Positions 10,898 to 22,433 of a stretch of 64,000 nt of DNA are shown here, piece by piece. This stretch comes from Psilocybe cubensis (lineage: Eukaryota): assembly GCA_017499595.2 (NCBI GenBank), contig CM038998.1:310001-374000 (forward strand), in the 5' to 3' direction. Position numbers and translations under genes: made by a program. Within the stretch, counting starts at the first letter, position 1. Each line of letters starts with the position of its first letter. The notes below the pieces were generated by a model. That model did no database searches. It was not told the DNA's origin and saw only the letters and a program-made list of their open reading frames with translations.

Positions 10898-12739
10898 TTA
10901 TGTTAACTGCCACCTACCAGATTTTCGCTTCTGTTTGGAAGTAACATTCCCAGAGTTAGTTATGTTGATGTTTGCAATGTTTCCGCTATTAATGTTGTGA
11001 ACCGAAATAGGAGTATTCCCAGATGGTATTGTCTGATGGCTCGCATTGGGCATGGATTGGTGAATATACGAACTTGGGTACAGAGGATGTGAATAAGATT
11101 GAACCGACGGAGAATGAGGTGCATACTGTAATGCTGAGAAGGTGGAGCCATACTGATAACCTGCTTGCCAGGGACCGATTGAACCCGGATATCCCAGAAT
11201 GGTCTGTGCGAATTGGTTACTGACATTGTCGACGGCCGGAGAATGGGCTTTTGGCGAGGTCGTTTTGGGAAGCTCGGATTTCGGTGGCTTTTGCGATTGT
11301 TTCTTTGGAACAGGAATGTCTGGCTCCGTCTCGTACTCTGAGCTATCTCCACTTCCCACCTCAGAGCTCCCTTCACTAATATCTAGTGATCCCATTTTCT
11401 GCATAAGTTCCTCAATTCTCCGACGCTCCTTTTTGTATCGTCGTTCTAGTTCCCTCTTTCTCTTCGTCTCGCTGTTTATTGCATCCTGGATTCTCCTTGC
11501 CTCTTGTTTTGCTTGCAGTTCGGCTTCTATCTCCAACCGACATTGGAGTTCAATTTTTGCGCGCTCCTCCGCTCTGATTCGCTCCAGAGCCTCTCTTTCC
11601 TCGAGTTGCTGACGGGATCGCTCTTGCTGACGCTCGCGCAAGGCACTCTCTTCATCATCCCTTCTTCGCCTAAGGTCGTCTGCCACTTGAATTCTTAATA
11701 TTGAGTTCTGCGCGTCCAGCTCCTCGATTCGTCGTTGCTGGGAAATAATCTCTTCCTCCGCTGCAGCTTGCTGCCTTCTACGATTGTCTTCCTCTTCTTG
11801 CAATCTTCTAACCTCTTGATGAAGTCGTGCCTCGCGCTCTTGCGCATCTATGCGTTGGTGAACTTCCTCGATGTCATGCCGTGCCTTCAGAAGTTCTGCT
11901 TGTCTCCGTGCCTCCTCTTCCTTCATTTGATTTTGCAATATCAAGCTTAGTGCATCATGAAGGCTCAGGTGAGAGGATACCTAGAAAAGTTTCTGACAGT
12001 TAATTGAAACTCGGATATACAATATTCGTAATGTACCTCGAACATATCTATGGCCGTTTTCAATCGTTGTCGGAACTCCTCTATCTTTCCGGCATCTGCG
12101 GCACTGTAGACCAGCCTTGTCACCTTTCCCCGCCTGAGCTGCTTGTTGATAGCAGCTTGTATGTCTGCCAGTGTTCTTTGAAATCTTATCAAATCCGGAG
12201 TATAACAGTATGAAACAAGAACGCGTACCTTACAAAGTCGTCAATCACAGCTTTGATATCCTGTGGAGGCCAATTGTCTTTGTTAGGTGAGCGCTGGTAG
12301 GCAGAGTATACTGTTGTGATGAACTCCATCGCTTCTTGACCAAGTCTTTCGAAAGCGATTTTGTTCTCTTTCACTGTCTGTCAAGTAAGGTGTCAATGTG
12401 GAGAACATGATGAAAACTATTAAAAATACTGACTTGAATGATCTCAACGATTTTGAGCGTAGCACCCGCAGCCTGCTTTAGGTAAGGAATCGGAGCCAAA
12501 GATGATGCTTCCTTGACGATGTTCAGTAGTACAGATCCTCCATTAAGCGTTGTGTCGATCCAATTGTGTTCTTCCCCAGTTTCTGGGCCCATTGGTACCT
12601 TCGATGTTGACGAAGCCGCAAATTGCAAGGTAGTAAACATGCCACCGCCCGTGTCAATGCCTTTTCCAGGCTTGACCTTGCCTTTTCCTTTGTTATTCAT
12701 AGACGAATCATGGGTATCGACAGTGCTGAGGGCGTTCAT
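10898..12739 (-). CDS. MLKL-like N-terminal domain + long coiled coil + C-terminal motif-B putative amyloid motif (4 exons)
   Basis: Spliced sequence LLNIVKEASSLAPIPYLKQAAGATLKIVEIIQ|TVKENKIAFERL...|RTLADIQAAINKQLRRGKVTRLVYSAADAGKIEEFRQRLKTAIDMFE|V is typical of basidiomycete MLKL_NTD. An E/R/Q-rich coiled coil of ~190 aa follows. The C-terminus has NINSGNIANINITNSGNVTS at 10937-10996. Confidence 0.82.
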
Positions 12740-13285
12740 GATACAAATCGCTGATACAAAACCAAGTGGGGAGACAGTTAAAGAGAGACGGGAGGTATCC
12801 CGTCACACGGCTGTCTATCTCATCTCATCTCATTGACATTGTTCATTCGGATTATCCATAAATAGTATAAGAGAGCTGTGCATTCATTATCAGAAGCGAG
12901 GCGGTACCATAGTGATAATAGGCAGATCAGGTAGGCGGATCGTGATCGACACGGGTATATATATATACAAGGAGAGATATAAGTACAAGGGCGTCAAGAA
13001 GCCATTAGAAGAACAATGAGCATATGCTATGTGGACAGTGGCATCAAGGGAAGGGAAGAGTGCCAAGCTTCCCGTTAGTCAACCGCATCATCGCAAGAGC
13101 CGATTTACGCAGAATAAATGTACAAAACCCATGAAGTCGTCAAATATCCACTGGATAATTTCTTTGAAGAAAGTGTATGTGGTGCCCCAGAATTCGTAAA
13201 TGCGGTGATGATTTTGAATACACAAAAGTTATTGTACGAAGCCAGGACATGCAGTGGAAATACATTTATACCGTGACCTATATTA

Positions 13286-15059
13286 TTAGGGCCGTAGCTC
13301 ACGTCCTAGTTTTCGCCGAGCTAGAGTTATCCAAAGAAGTATTATTTCATGCAGCTAAAAAATTCAAACAAAAGCACCTACTTTGAATCGTGGTCTCCCT
13401 GATGGAATAATCATTATTCGAATCCTTGATCAGCGTGTTGGTGGTATTCCCAGAGCCCACATTGAGTATTCGTGAAGACCTGTCCACGTATTCGTAGTTG
13501 CCGTACACGACATTCACATTGGGACTTCCGTTGATGGTAGCCCCGCCAAAATCAAAGGCAGCTTTAGCAGAAAGTGTATTGCCTTTGTAGTATCCTCGGG
13601 ATCGAGCGGAGGTAACGCGTTGAGCCCCATTTTGGTGATCGTGAATTGAAGAAGAAGAGGGACGAAGGGAAGACGCGTTTGGACTAGGAACGCCTGCATC
13701 GACAGACTGTCTTGATTGTGAGGGGATATCCTGACTACGGAACCCAGCAGAAGGGGTAAATGTTTGAGAAACGTTGTCATAATGGCGAAGTACTGTTGGA
13801 TGTGCAGGAAAGCCAGGGTTCGCACCAGAATATGGTGGGAAGACGCCCTCGTTGAGCGATAATTTCGCAACGCCGTTTGGAAGATCTGCCATTCGAACGT
13901 CCTCGTCGCCAGTACCCGGTGATTCTGCGTCAACATATTCATCTTCTTCCTCATCCTCGGAACCGACCACACCCCCTTCAGCCATCTCTTCTTCCGCAGG
14001 CGCCGTAATGTCTTCGGAAGACTGAGATTGACTATCGGAATCGGAATCGGAATTAAATTGCGATGTTTGTTGCTTGACCATTGCCATGAGTTGATCCAGG
14101 GTTTGCATCATCATCGGGTCCACGATTGGTTGGATGTCATGAGGCTGGTACTGGGCACTGGAAACTGAATGACCGTGTGTTCCATTCATACTGACATTTG
14201 ATTGACTGGCAAGAGATTCTCTGACTTGAGAATGAACCATCTGTCGGATAGCTTTAGCAGTCTTTCTTTGAACACCGCGGGCAGGCGTATCCGCAGAGTG
14301 ATCGACTGAGTGTGATCGTTCGTCAGCGTTGCTTTCGTCGTCTTGAAGAATGCGTATACATTCAGCAGAAGCCCTCTTAAGGATATAGCAACGTACCTTC
14401 AAAAGCCTTTATCTGGGACCTTGATGCTTTTGCGAGTCGATGGGCACGGGGTGGGGATCCTGATACGAAAAATTAGTGGAGCTGCAATATAGGTGAGTGG
14501 CGACAAGTACCATAACGTTCTGAGTTGTCGTTATTGGAGTTTCGTATCCGTTGGTTTTTTACGTTATACGAATCCACGTTAGAGATATCGAGACGACCGT
14601 TCGAAGACGCCAGTTCAACCTGTTGGGCATGGAGCATTGGATGCATCATCGGGGGCGGAAAGTACGATGCCACTTCAGCATCTTCATCTTCCTCTAGAGT
14701 TGAGAACTGGCGTCAAATCGAGTCACCGATTTCATTGTGAGCAGAACATACGTGGAACATCATCCACCTGTGGTGCACTGCGACCTTGATCATTCCTATG
14801 TTTGGACTTTCGGTTTCGACCGTCTAAACGAGGTCGATCAGCACCTTGGAACAAAGTACACAATAATCGATTACCGACATGACACAAAAGAGTTGTCGTT
14901 GTGAGAGTTCAAAGTTGCGGTGTTGTTCGAATTGAAGGAGTTGATGTTGGAGACTTTGCGACTTTGGTCGATAACGGTGTAATTGCCCTTCACATTGTTG
15001 AAGGTTCCTCCAGTGATAACGACGTTCTTCGCACCGCTGAAGAAGGTAGCGCCCGACAT
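13286..15059 (-). CDS. Domain-less protein with multiple putative amyloid motifs (A+B, B, A-like+B); 6 exons
   Basis: ORFs 14871-15059, 14473-14673 and 13347-14402 join in frame through five phase-1 GT-AG introns. N-terminus MSGATFFSGAKNVVITGGTFNNVKGNYTVIDQSRKVSNINSFNSNNTATLNSHNDNS; ends ...TRRKLGRELRP*. Confidence 0.75.
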
Positions 15060-15806
15060 TATCGATCGTCAGGTTCTCAGGAGCTGCGACAGTAGATGAT
15101 GGAGGATATAAAGAGAGCTTACAGTACGAGCGCCTCGCCATCATTAGTATGCTCCTGGAATAAAACATCACACCGTCACGAGTTTGTACCTCCCCATGTT
15201 GCATAGCATCGACACAGCCTTACGAGCATTGTGCTCTTTTTGAGAAAGGTAGGCCGAAAACAGGCGAAAGTATATCCTGTATGTGTGTCTCGAAAGGTTG
15301 GCCACAAGGACTTAGTTCACAGGCTGTTGAACAGCATGTCATTTTTGTCTGTGATGGTAGTCGGTTAATACAAACAGAAATACAAGGCGGTGATGAACGG
15401 GTGAGTCGATGTGACTGTACCTTACCTGGACGGCTGTTTAGGAACATGAAAAAGGTGTGTTCAAAATAGTAGAATGAGCAGGTTTGATGGCAGAAAGGTG
15501 CCTGAGCATACGCCAGCATCAGGGAAGTGGACAAAACTTGGAGAAATCTCAAAAACTTTGGTTGAACCAACAACATTGAATCGGAGCTTGATCTGAATGC
15601 GGATCAAAGGTCCACGAGGTCAACGGCAAACTCCGAATAATGAACTTGTGAATAGTATTTGATTCACGACACTCTCCACCTAGAATAATTGGACTGTTGC
15701 AAGAAGACTTCACTTATATAATATGAAAAATGTGTACCAAAATTAATTCCTGAAATCCGTACTAAACCAGGTGGAAGTTCATAAAACACCCAATAAAAAC
15801 TAGAAA

Positions 15807-16239
15807 TTAAAGGCAGTGGTATGTCGTGTGGACACCGCATGCATCTCCTTCGCTGAATGAACCACAGTTGGCCCAGAAGCTGTTTCCACTTCCCTGGGTG
15901 ATCCAAAGAGGTCCACCACATCCTTGAATCTTGAACGTGTTCCCATTGAGGCTGAACGGAATGTTGCATGGGTTAGTGTTTTTCTGTACCAAATCGCTTA
16001 AGCCCACAATTGACACAGGTTTCGGAAACAATACGTACAGCGGCAACCACGACGTTGTTGCATTTGCTCTGGCCATCTACCCAGGCAACGACATTGTTGA
16101 ACGTTTCTCCAAGGTTAATACCGTATGGCGCGGCAGCCATGGTATCGTTAGAATTGGCCATGGCCTCGGAGGGAGCTGCATTAACAAATCCAGCACCTGC
16201 GACGATGAAGGAGACAGCGGTGGCAAGAGAGAATTTCAT
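15807..16239 (-). CDS. Small secreted cysteine-containing protein (~125 aa, 1 intron)
   Basis: Signal peptide MKFSLATAVSFIVAGAGFVNA. An intron (gtacgt...acag) joins ORF 15973-16239 to KNTNPCNIPF...CGGPLW...CGSFSEGDACGVHTTYHCL*. Six Cys in total. Confidence 0.8.
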
Positions 16240-18334
16240 CTTCGAATAAATATTATTGGAGTGTCAGTAAAATAAGCCCAACCGAAGAAACTTGTATAAA
16301 GAGCTACCTTGAGACTGGATACAGTTGATTGAGAATCTGTTGGGAGTTTTTGAGCTGAAGAGAAAGGAAAACGAGCGGGCCATTTATACATTTTTGCTCG
16401 TAGCCTGAGCTTCCAGGCAGAGTAATTAATTTTTATTAGGCATCAATTTCATCGTGCACGTAAAAACAACTATAGACGGAATTGCAATATTACGGTGAAT
16501 TGAAAATAGCGAACGGCGAACATGCAAAAATAGAAACACCCATTTCCGCGACGGTTTACGCAACTCAATAAGTTATTTCAATGAGATTTTCGCAGTTTGA
16601 CCTGGGCCGGAACGAGTCAGAAGAATTAAGCAGCCAGATGCCGCAAAAGAAGCAGGGTCCTGAGCGCTGAGCGTCTAATTTGACGGCCATAGCAAACTAA
16701 AAATACTATATTGTTCTCCCGGTGTATCTGAAGCTATACAACGCGCTGCAAGGTCTAACGTCTATGGTTGGTTATGATATACAAGAGACTATTCTAACTC
16801 GTTGCTGGGGCTACACAGGCATGAAAAAAGGGAAGAAAATTTTAGCCCAAGAGCCCCTATGATTGGCATAGGAACCTTGGACCGATATTCCTTTCCGCGC
16901 TTGATTTTCAGTCACGTACAAGTTATGAAATTGAATGGAATCTTGAAGGATACAGAGCGGCTTGTAGGATCTTTGTTTTTGGAGAATTCCGTTGTCACGT
17001 ATTTGATTTTGACTAACGCCGCCCACTGTAATCGCGTGAACATCATATATTTGATCACTCGTCATAAACTCCTGTATTGCACATCGCTTTTTTTAGGCTG
17101 AATAGACGTAGAATCCATACACAGCGAAAGGTTAGACAAGCCTAGTATGAACAACGTTGTATATTACTACCACATGTCAGCCAAAGAAGAGAATGATCTC
17201 GTCAACAAGATAAATGCAGTACATCAGCATCTAGTCTTGACAATGATTATGCCTGCATGACAGTGCATGTACATCTAAGCTAGGCTAGCCATATATCGCA
17301 CTAACCCAAAGGATACTAGCACAATAACGGGAAACCTCACGGATCGGCCATTTCCAACCTCCTCAAGGAGATATTTCTCAGGAAACAGGCGCCCATGGAC
17401 CAAATGCGCTGCATAGTATAGAAAAGTAAACCTAAAATGCAACACATTTTGAAGCAAACGCTCAAAAATTGTCAGCTGTCAACCAGATTCTAGTAAGGTG
17501 GATAAGATAGGATAAAACTCTCAATAATCCTGATCGCATTTGTTGCGAGAAAGAGATCACTCCCTACAGCAAACCCCTGTCGAGTCGCCTTCGGGGTGAA
17601 GACAGTGATCGGCGGCACATGACATGTGACACATGACCTCGATCGATCAACGGACCTCATCCAAAAATAGAACGCGGTAGGCTTTGGAATGCGCCCAATC
17701 ACAAGTTCAACCCGCCTTTGCGCAAATAACTTGGACGGCCTCGTCACACAGAAATATAAACTCAAAAAGGAGCAGAAAAAAAGCAGAAAATTAATTAAAT
17801 ACAAGCAACACACAACAAAAAGCACAACAACAAACAATACACTGCCGTGGTCAATGCATGAAAGCTACTAAAATATAATGGCAGAGGGTCATACAACAAG
17901 AAAAAAAAATGTAAAAGGTCGAAGCGCTAATGAACAATGTCCAAGCACGCGGGCCACCACTGACATGTACAAATCGCGATTGAATAGAGGTGGAGGTGGT
18001 GCAGAGATGGAAAGGAGAAGAAAGAAGGCGAAAGGTAAGCGGGCGAAACACAAGAAAAATGGAAGATTCCAATTTGATGATGAACAGGGAAAAATTAAGA
18101 GATGCGAGTGTCGAAGTGAGCCGACCGAGAGGTGGACGGGTTGGGTTAGTAGGATGAAGGAGGGTTTTGTGAATAAGTATGCATAGCAAAGAGTAGGATG
18201 GCATGGTGAAGGTCCTTCCACGATAGCGTGTGGACAGAGGAAAAAGAGGCGAGGCAATGATTCCGAAAAATGAGAATACTGAAATTCCAACATCCGACTA
18301 AGGCGGGAATAAACGAGGCTAAAGCGCAGCACGC

Positions 18335-19030
18335 TTAGGCGTCGTACAACGCTCCCGAGTATCCATCCCCGTTCTTCGCGGACTTAATTCCGCGTATGAG
18401 CACCGCGATGAGGGCGAAGGTGAGTAGCACCCAGATGAGCCATGCAAAGCCCTCAAGCGCATTCAGCTGGCCGCAGTAGACAAAGATGTCTTGCGTGCCG
18501 CAGTTCAGCGCGCCTCCGAGGGTTTGGGTGATCGCAGCTGCACCTGCTAGCCAGAGGATCCACGTCACCGTCAGGCTACAATGTCACCCCGGAAACCAGA
18601 GAGATCAATACGGAAGGGCAGAAGTCATATCGAGAACGTGGAAAGGAAGGGGGGGGAAAATACACCAGTAGTCAGTATACAGATGTAGAGTAGGGTAAGA
18701 CATTACTTACAAGAGGAAATGGGACGCTACACCAGCCAGTACACTCCCTGCCGCCACCAAAAATATGACCAAATATCCAGAGCAGAATATGATGGACCAT
18801 ATGGAGGTGAAAAGGAGGTAGCGCACGCGCGCTCGTAGGCCAGAGTTGAGACTGTTATGGCGGGTGTTGTATCGCGAAGTCAGCCACGCTGCTATACACA
18901 TCTCAATGATAGAGAAAAGTATAAGAGCGCCGAACATGACTGAAGAACGCGATGAATGTTAGAGAGAAAAGAATGTAGGGAGTGCGTGGTTGTGCTCACT
19001 GGGGTGTCCCCTCCTGAAGATAGCGTCCAT
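18335..19030 (-). CDS. MARVEL-domain four-TM membrane protein
   Basis: MDAIFRRGHP|...FGALILFSIIEMCIAAWL...RVRYLLFTSIWS...WILWLAGAAAIT...YCGQLNALEGFAW. Four hydrophobic segments with the typical fungal MARVEL pattern. Confidence 0.85.
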
Positions 19031-19893
19031 TATATCTTGTTGGTTCTTCGTTCGTTTATGCAAAAGATCTGTTTTGTGGGTTCGTTATACGAGGGGCGTA
19101 AATCCTGCGGAAACGATGAAAAGCCGATGGCACACAAATCCAATGGTGAACGAGATGGTGTGGGGTGGGGGGTTGAAAAGGGTAGCGGTGTTGTGGGGAG
19201 GCACAAAAACGAAGAAACAGGTTATGGACGTTGAAGTGGGGGGAAGAAAGATCGAAACTCCCGTCAGACATGTTTTTCTCGATTACGAAGACCCAGAATT
19301 TGTGAAATTGTCTTACAATGCAGAGGTTTCGTTATGACAATCCGATCCAGAATTCCAGGCGTTCCGAGATTCTTAGTCAAGGACTATGTCGTGGTATCGG
19401 CGCTTAATTTCTTCGAGTTGGGGCAGTTTAGGGCTTATACTAGCAAAGATGTCAACCTAGAAGACGTTGGGTCAATCTCATCCTTTACAAATACAAGTGT
19501 ATACTGCGGAGGATGGTGTGCAAAAAACAAACAAGAACCCACCAAACTGGTCGTTGATATGGGCGTAAGTCGTGCAAAGGTCGTTTACAAGTTGTTTATT
19601 ATGATTTAAAAGATACAATGGGCACTGAGAGTTGGTGGATACGTTTGGGTGAGAAATGCGACTATGACGGTGGTTCGACCTTGTTACTTATTATTTACCG
19701 CGAATTCGAACCAGTATGACGTCACAGAGTCATGCGTAATGTTCCTGCCGTTGATCCGATCTAATCTAATCTAGTGCGCGGTAATCTCCACCTTTTTCGA
19801 CTTGGTGAAAATAGACCTGATACGCACAGAATCGAGCACATCATATAGACACATTGAGTAGCGTCAGAAATTTTTCTTTCTAGTTACAGACAT

Positions 19894-22186
19894 TTACGCA
19901 TCGTTCAAGCCACTTGGGTCATAAATGTACTCTGGATATATCGGAACCCATACCATCTTCTCTGCTCTCCTGCGCACTTCTTGGACAGCCTTCTCCCTTT
20001 CCTCGTCCGTACTTCCAGACCAATCAGCTGTAGAGGTACCCTCTCGAACAGCCTGTTCTGCAACGGTGACTCCAACTTCAAAATTCACCTGAGGGGAATC
20101 TCCAAAGTCGGGTAGCAGTGATGCACCATTATACTCTCCATCATCTGTACTGCTGATAGCAGGGGAAAGCGCTGCTAGGCGCTTGGCTCCTGCAATAAGC
20201 ATGGTATCTGTCACTTTCCTCGAATTTGACAATATAGATCCAAATCCGAGCCCGGGGTATATCAGTGCATTATTGCACTCTGCAATACTACAACAATGTC
20301 ATGATTAGTGCGCGATTGTTGGATAACCGAGTTTCTGACGTACAAAAATTCCATGTCCTTCCCATCAACCTTCATCTTGACGCTCTCAAAGGGGCTCCCC
20401 GTGGCGATAAGTGCTCTTCCATTGGTCCAATGCATCAAATCTTTCGGTACCGCCTCAGCCAACCGGCTAGGGTTCGACAGTGGTAAGATGATCGGATGAG
20501 CACCCTCATCCAACCCATCCATCATCGCCTCAACAACCTCCTTTGAGAACGCGCCCGCAGAGGTCGAACATCCAATCAACACCGTCGGCCTAACCTTCTT
20601 CACAACCTGCAAAAGTGAGACATGCTCCTCATCCTCTCCCCAACCCTCATCAGCTGGCCTGACAAACTCTCGCGTATGTTCAGTGACGCTTTGGTCCCTC
20701 AGGTTCTCGTGTAGGAGTCCAACGCGGTCGATCATCCAGAAAAGCCGATTGGCTTCGGCGCGGGAGAGCCCGTCGGCGGAGACGATGGCGTCGCGCAGCT
20801 GCACTGCGATGCCCATGCCCGCAGAGCCTGCGCCGAAAAGTATGTAGCGCTGGTCGGAGAGCTTCTTTTTAGTGGGCGATGAAGCAGATTCGCGACCTCG
20901 GCTGGAGACACGGATTGCTGACATTATACAAGCAAGGGTTACAGCCCCCGTCCCCTGACTACATGAGTAAATGTCAGTTCACGAGCTGTGCACTGACAGG
21001 AAAAGTATGGTAGTACATATCATCGTTAAATACCGCATGAGTGTCACGGTATCGGTCAAGAATCCGGTGTGCATTGGTTACTCCGAAGTCCTCGAAGTGC
21101 AAAAGACAATGAGGATGGTATTTCCGAACAAGTTGAACAAATCTTGTTAATGGTCATCTCTGTGCTCAGACGGGCCAAAAGATCAAACCCCTTACTTGTC
21201 GACAAATCTGTCATAATCTTCTCCTCGAATGCGCCTCTCTGGCCAACCCTATATCAAATTTAGCATTTCAATTATCTGCGTTATATTTCAGTGGCATGTG
21301 GGAACGTACCACGTACAGAGGATCATTCAGAAGGTCCTCGTTGTTCGTACCCACGTCTAGTGTGACGCTGAGAGACTTGGACGGATCGATTCCACCAATA
21401 AGACTAGACGCGTCTAGAATGAGCGAAAAACTGGATTATCTCCTCATTAATGCTTACGTGTAAATCACAGATTTAGCTGTAGATATCTGATGCATCTGTA
21501 AACATCCCGAGGGAAATTTTCTGAAGATAAGCACTTACACCAATGCCCTAACCGTTGCAAGAAATGGTCAGAGAACGATGTTGAGAATGAAAATAAAGAT
21601 ATGTGCTGACCCCAACGCCTTGATCACCAATGCCGAGGATAGCCTCTGCATCTGTAACCACAATCAATTCAATATCGCGTCCGCGAGTCTGCTCGAGAAA
21701 CATCTCCTCCATAATATCTTCATCAGGGTACGACAAGAATAATCCATCGCTTCTACGAAAAACATGGGAGTAGGATGCGATAGCCTCTGCCTGGTATCAA
21801 TCACGGTATCAGAATTCAATCATGACTTGTAGATAACGCCGACATACTTCAGTGGGCGTATAGATAATGGGGATCAGCTCCTTGAGGTGACGCGCCAGCA
21901 GCGAGTAATACAGCACCCAGTTCTGATCTTTCAAACTCTGTAAAAACGTGTTCTTGCGTATCGGGGTGTCCCGCTGATTGAGCTGTGCGTACGCGCGCTC
22001 ACATTGCTCGTCGAGGCTGTTTGTCCTATACGGAAGCCGCCCCTCCAGTCCGAAGGTTTTCCGCTCTTTGAGTGTGAACCCGGTTCCTTTGTTGAACCGT
22101 GGGTTCTCGAGGAGAGCGTGCCCGCGCAGGGCTATGCGGAGGGCGGGTATGAGGTTTGCGGGTTTGTGAACGTTGAGAGCAGCCAT
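19894..22186 (-). CDS. NAD(P)-dependent malic enzyme (multi-exon)
   Basis: Motifs [53 protein letters not shown] and ATGSPF. Confidence 0.95.
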
Positions 22187-22433
22187 GACGGTGGTCGCGA
22201 AAGCGCAATGTATGACGAAATTGATCTTGACATTCAGGAGTCCGTGCGAAAAATAACATGTCAAAGCAGAGGAATAACCTTGTGTTTGCAACATTTCAAT
22301 ACTTTATTTGAGACATTCATGTTTGCAGTTGGAGGTGTAAAATGTATTCAACAAGCGTTTTCAGTACTGCAGAATCTGAGTATTCGACGAGTCGGCATGA
22401 AAATGAACATAGTAAAGTGTCTTCTTGTTTTCA

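Noticed and set aside
7837-15059. An NLR (NACHT/NB-ARC) receptor within the cluster
   Set aside because: No P-loop GxxGxGKS/T or WD/ANK/TPR repeat array was found in these genes; any receptor must lie outside the window.
17490-18332. Several overlapping 100-147 aa ORFs
   Set aside because: They arise from low-complexity purine-rich sequence downstream of the MARVEL gene and show no protein-like features.
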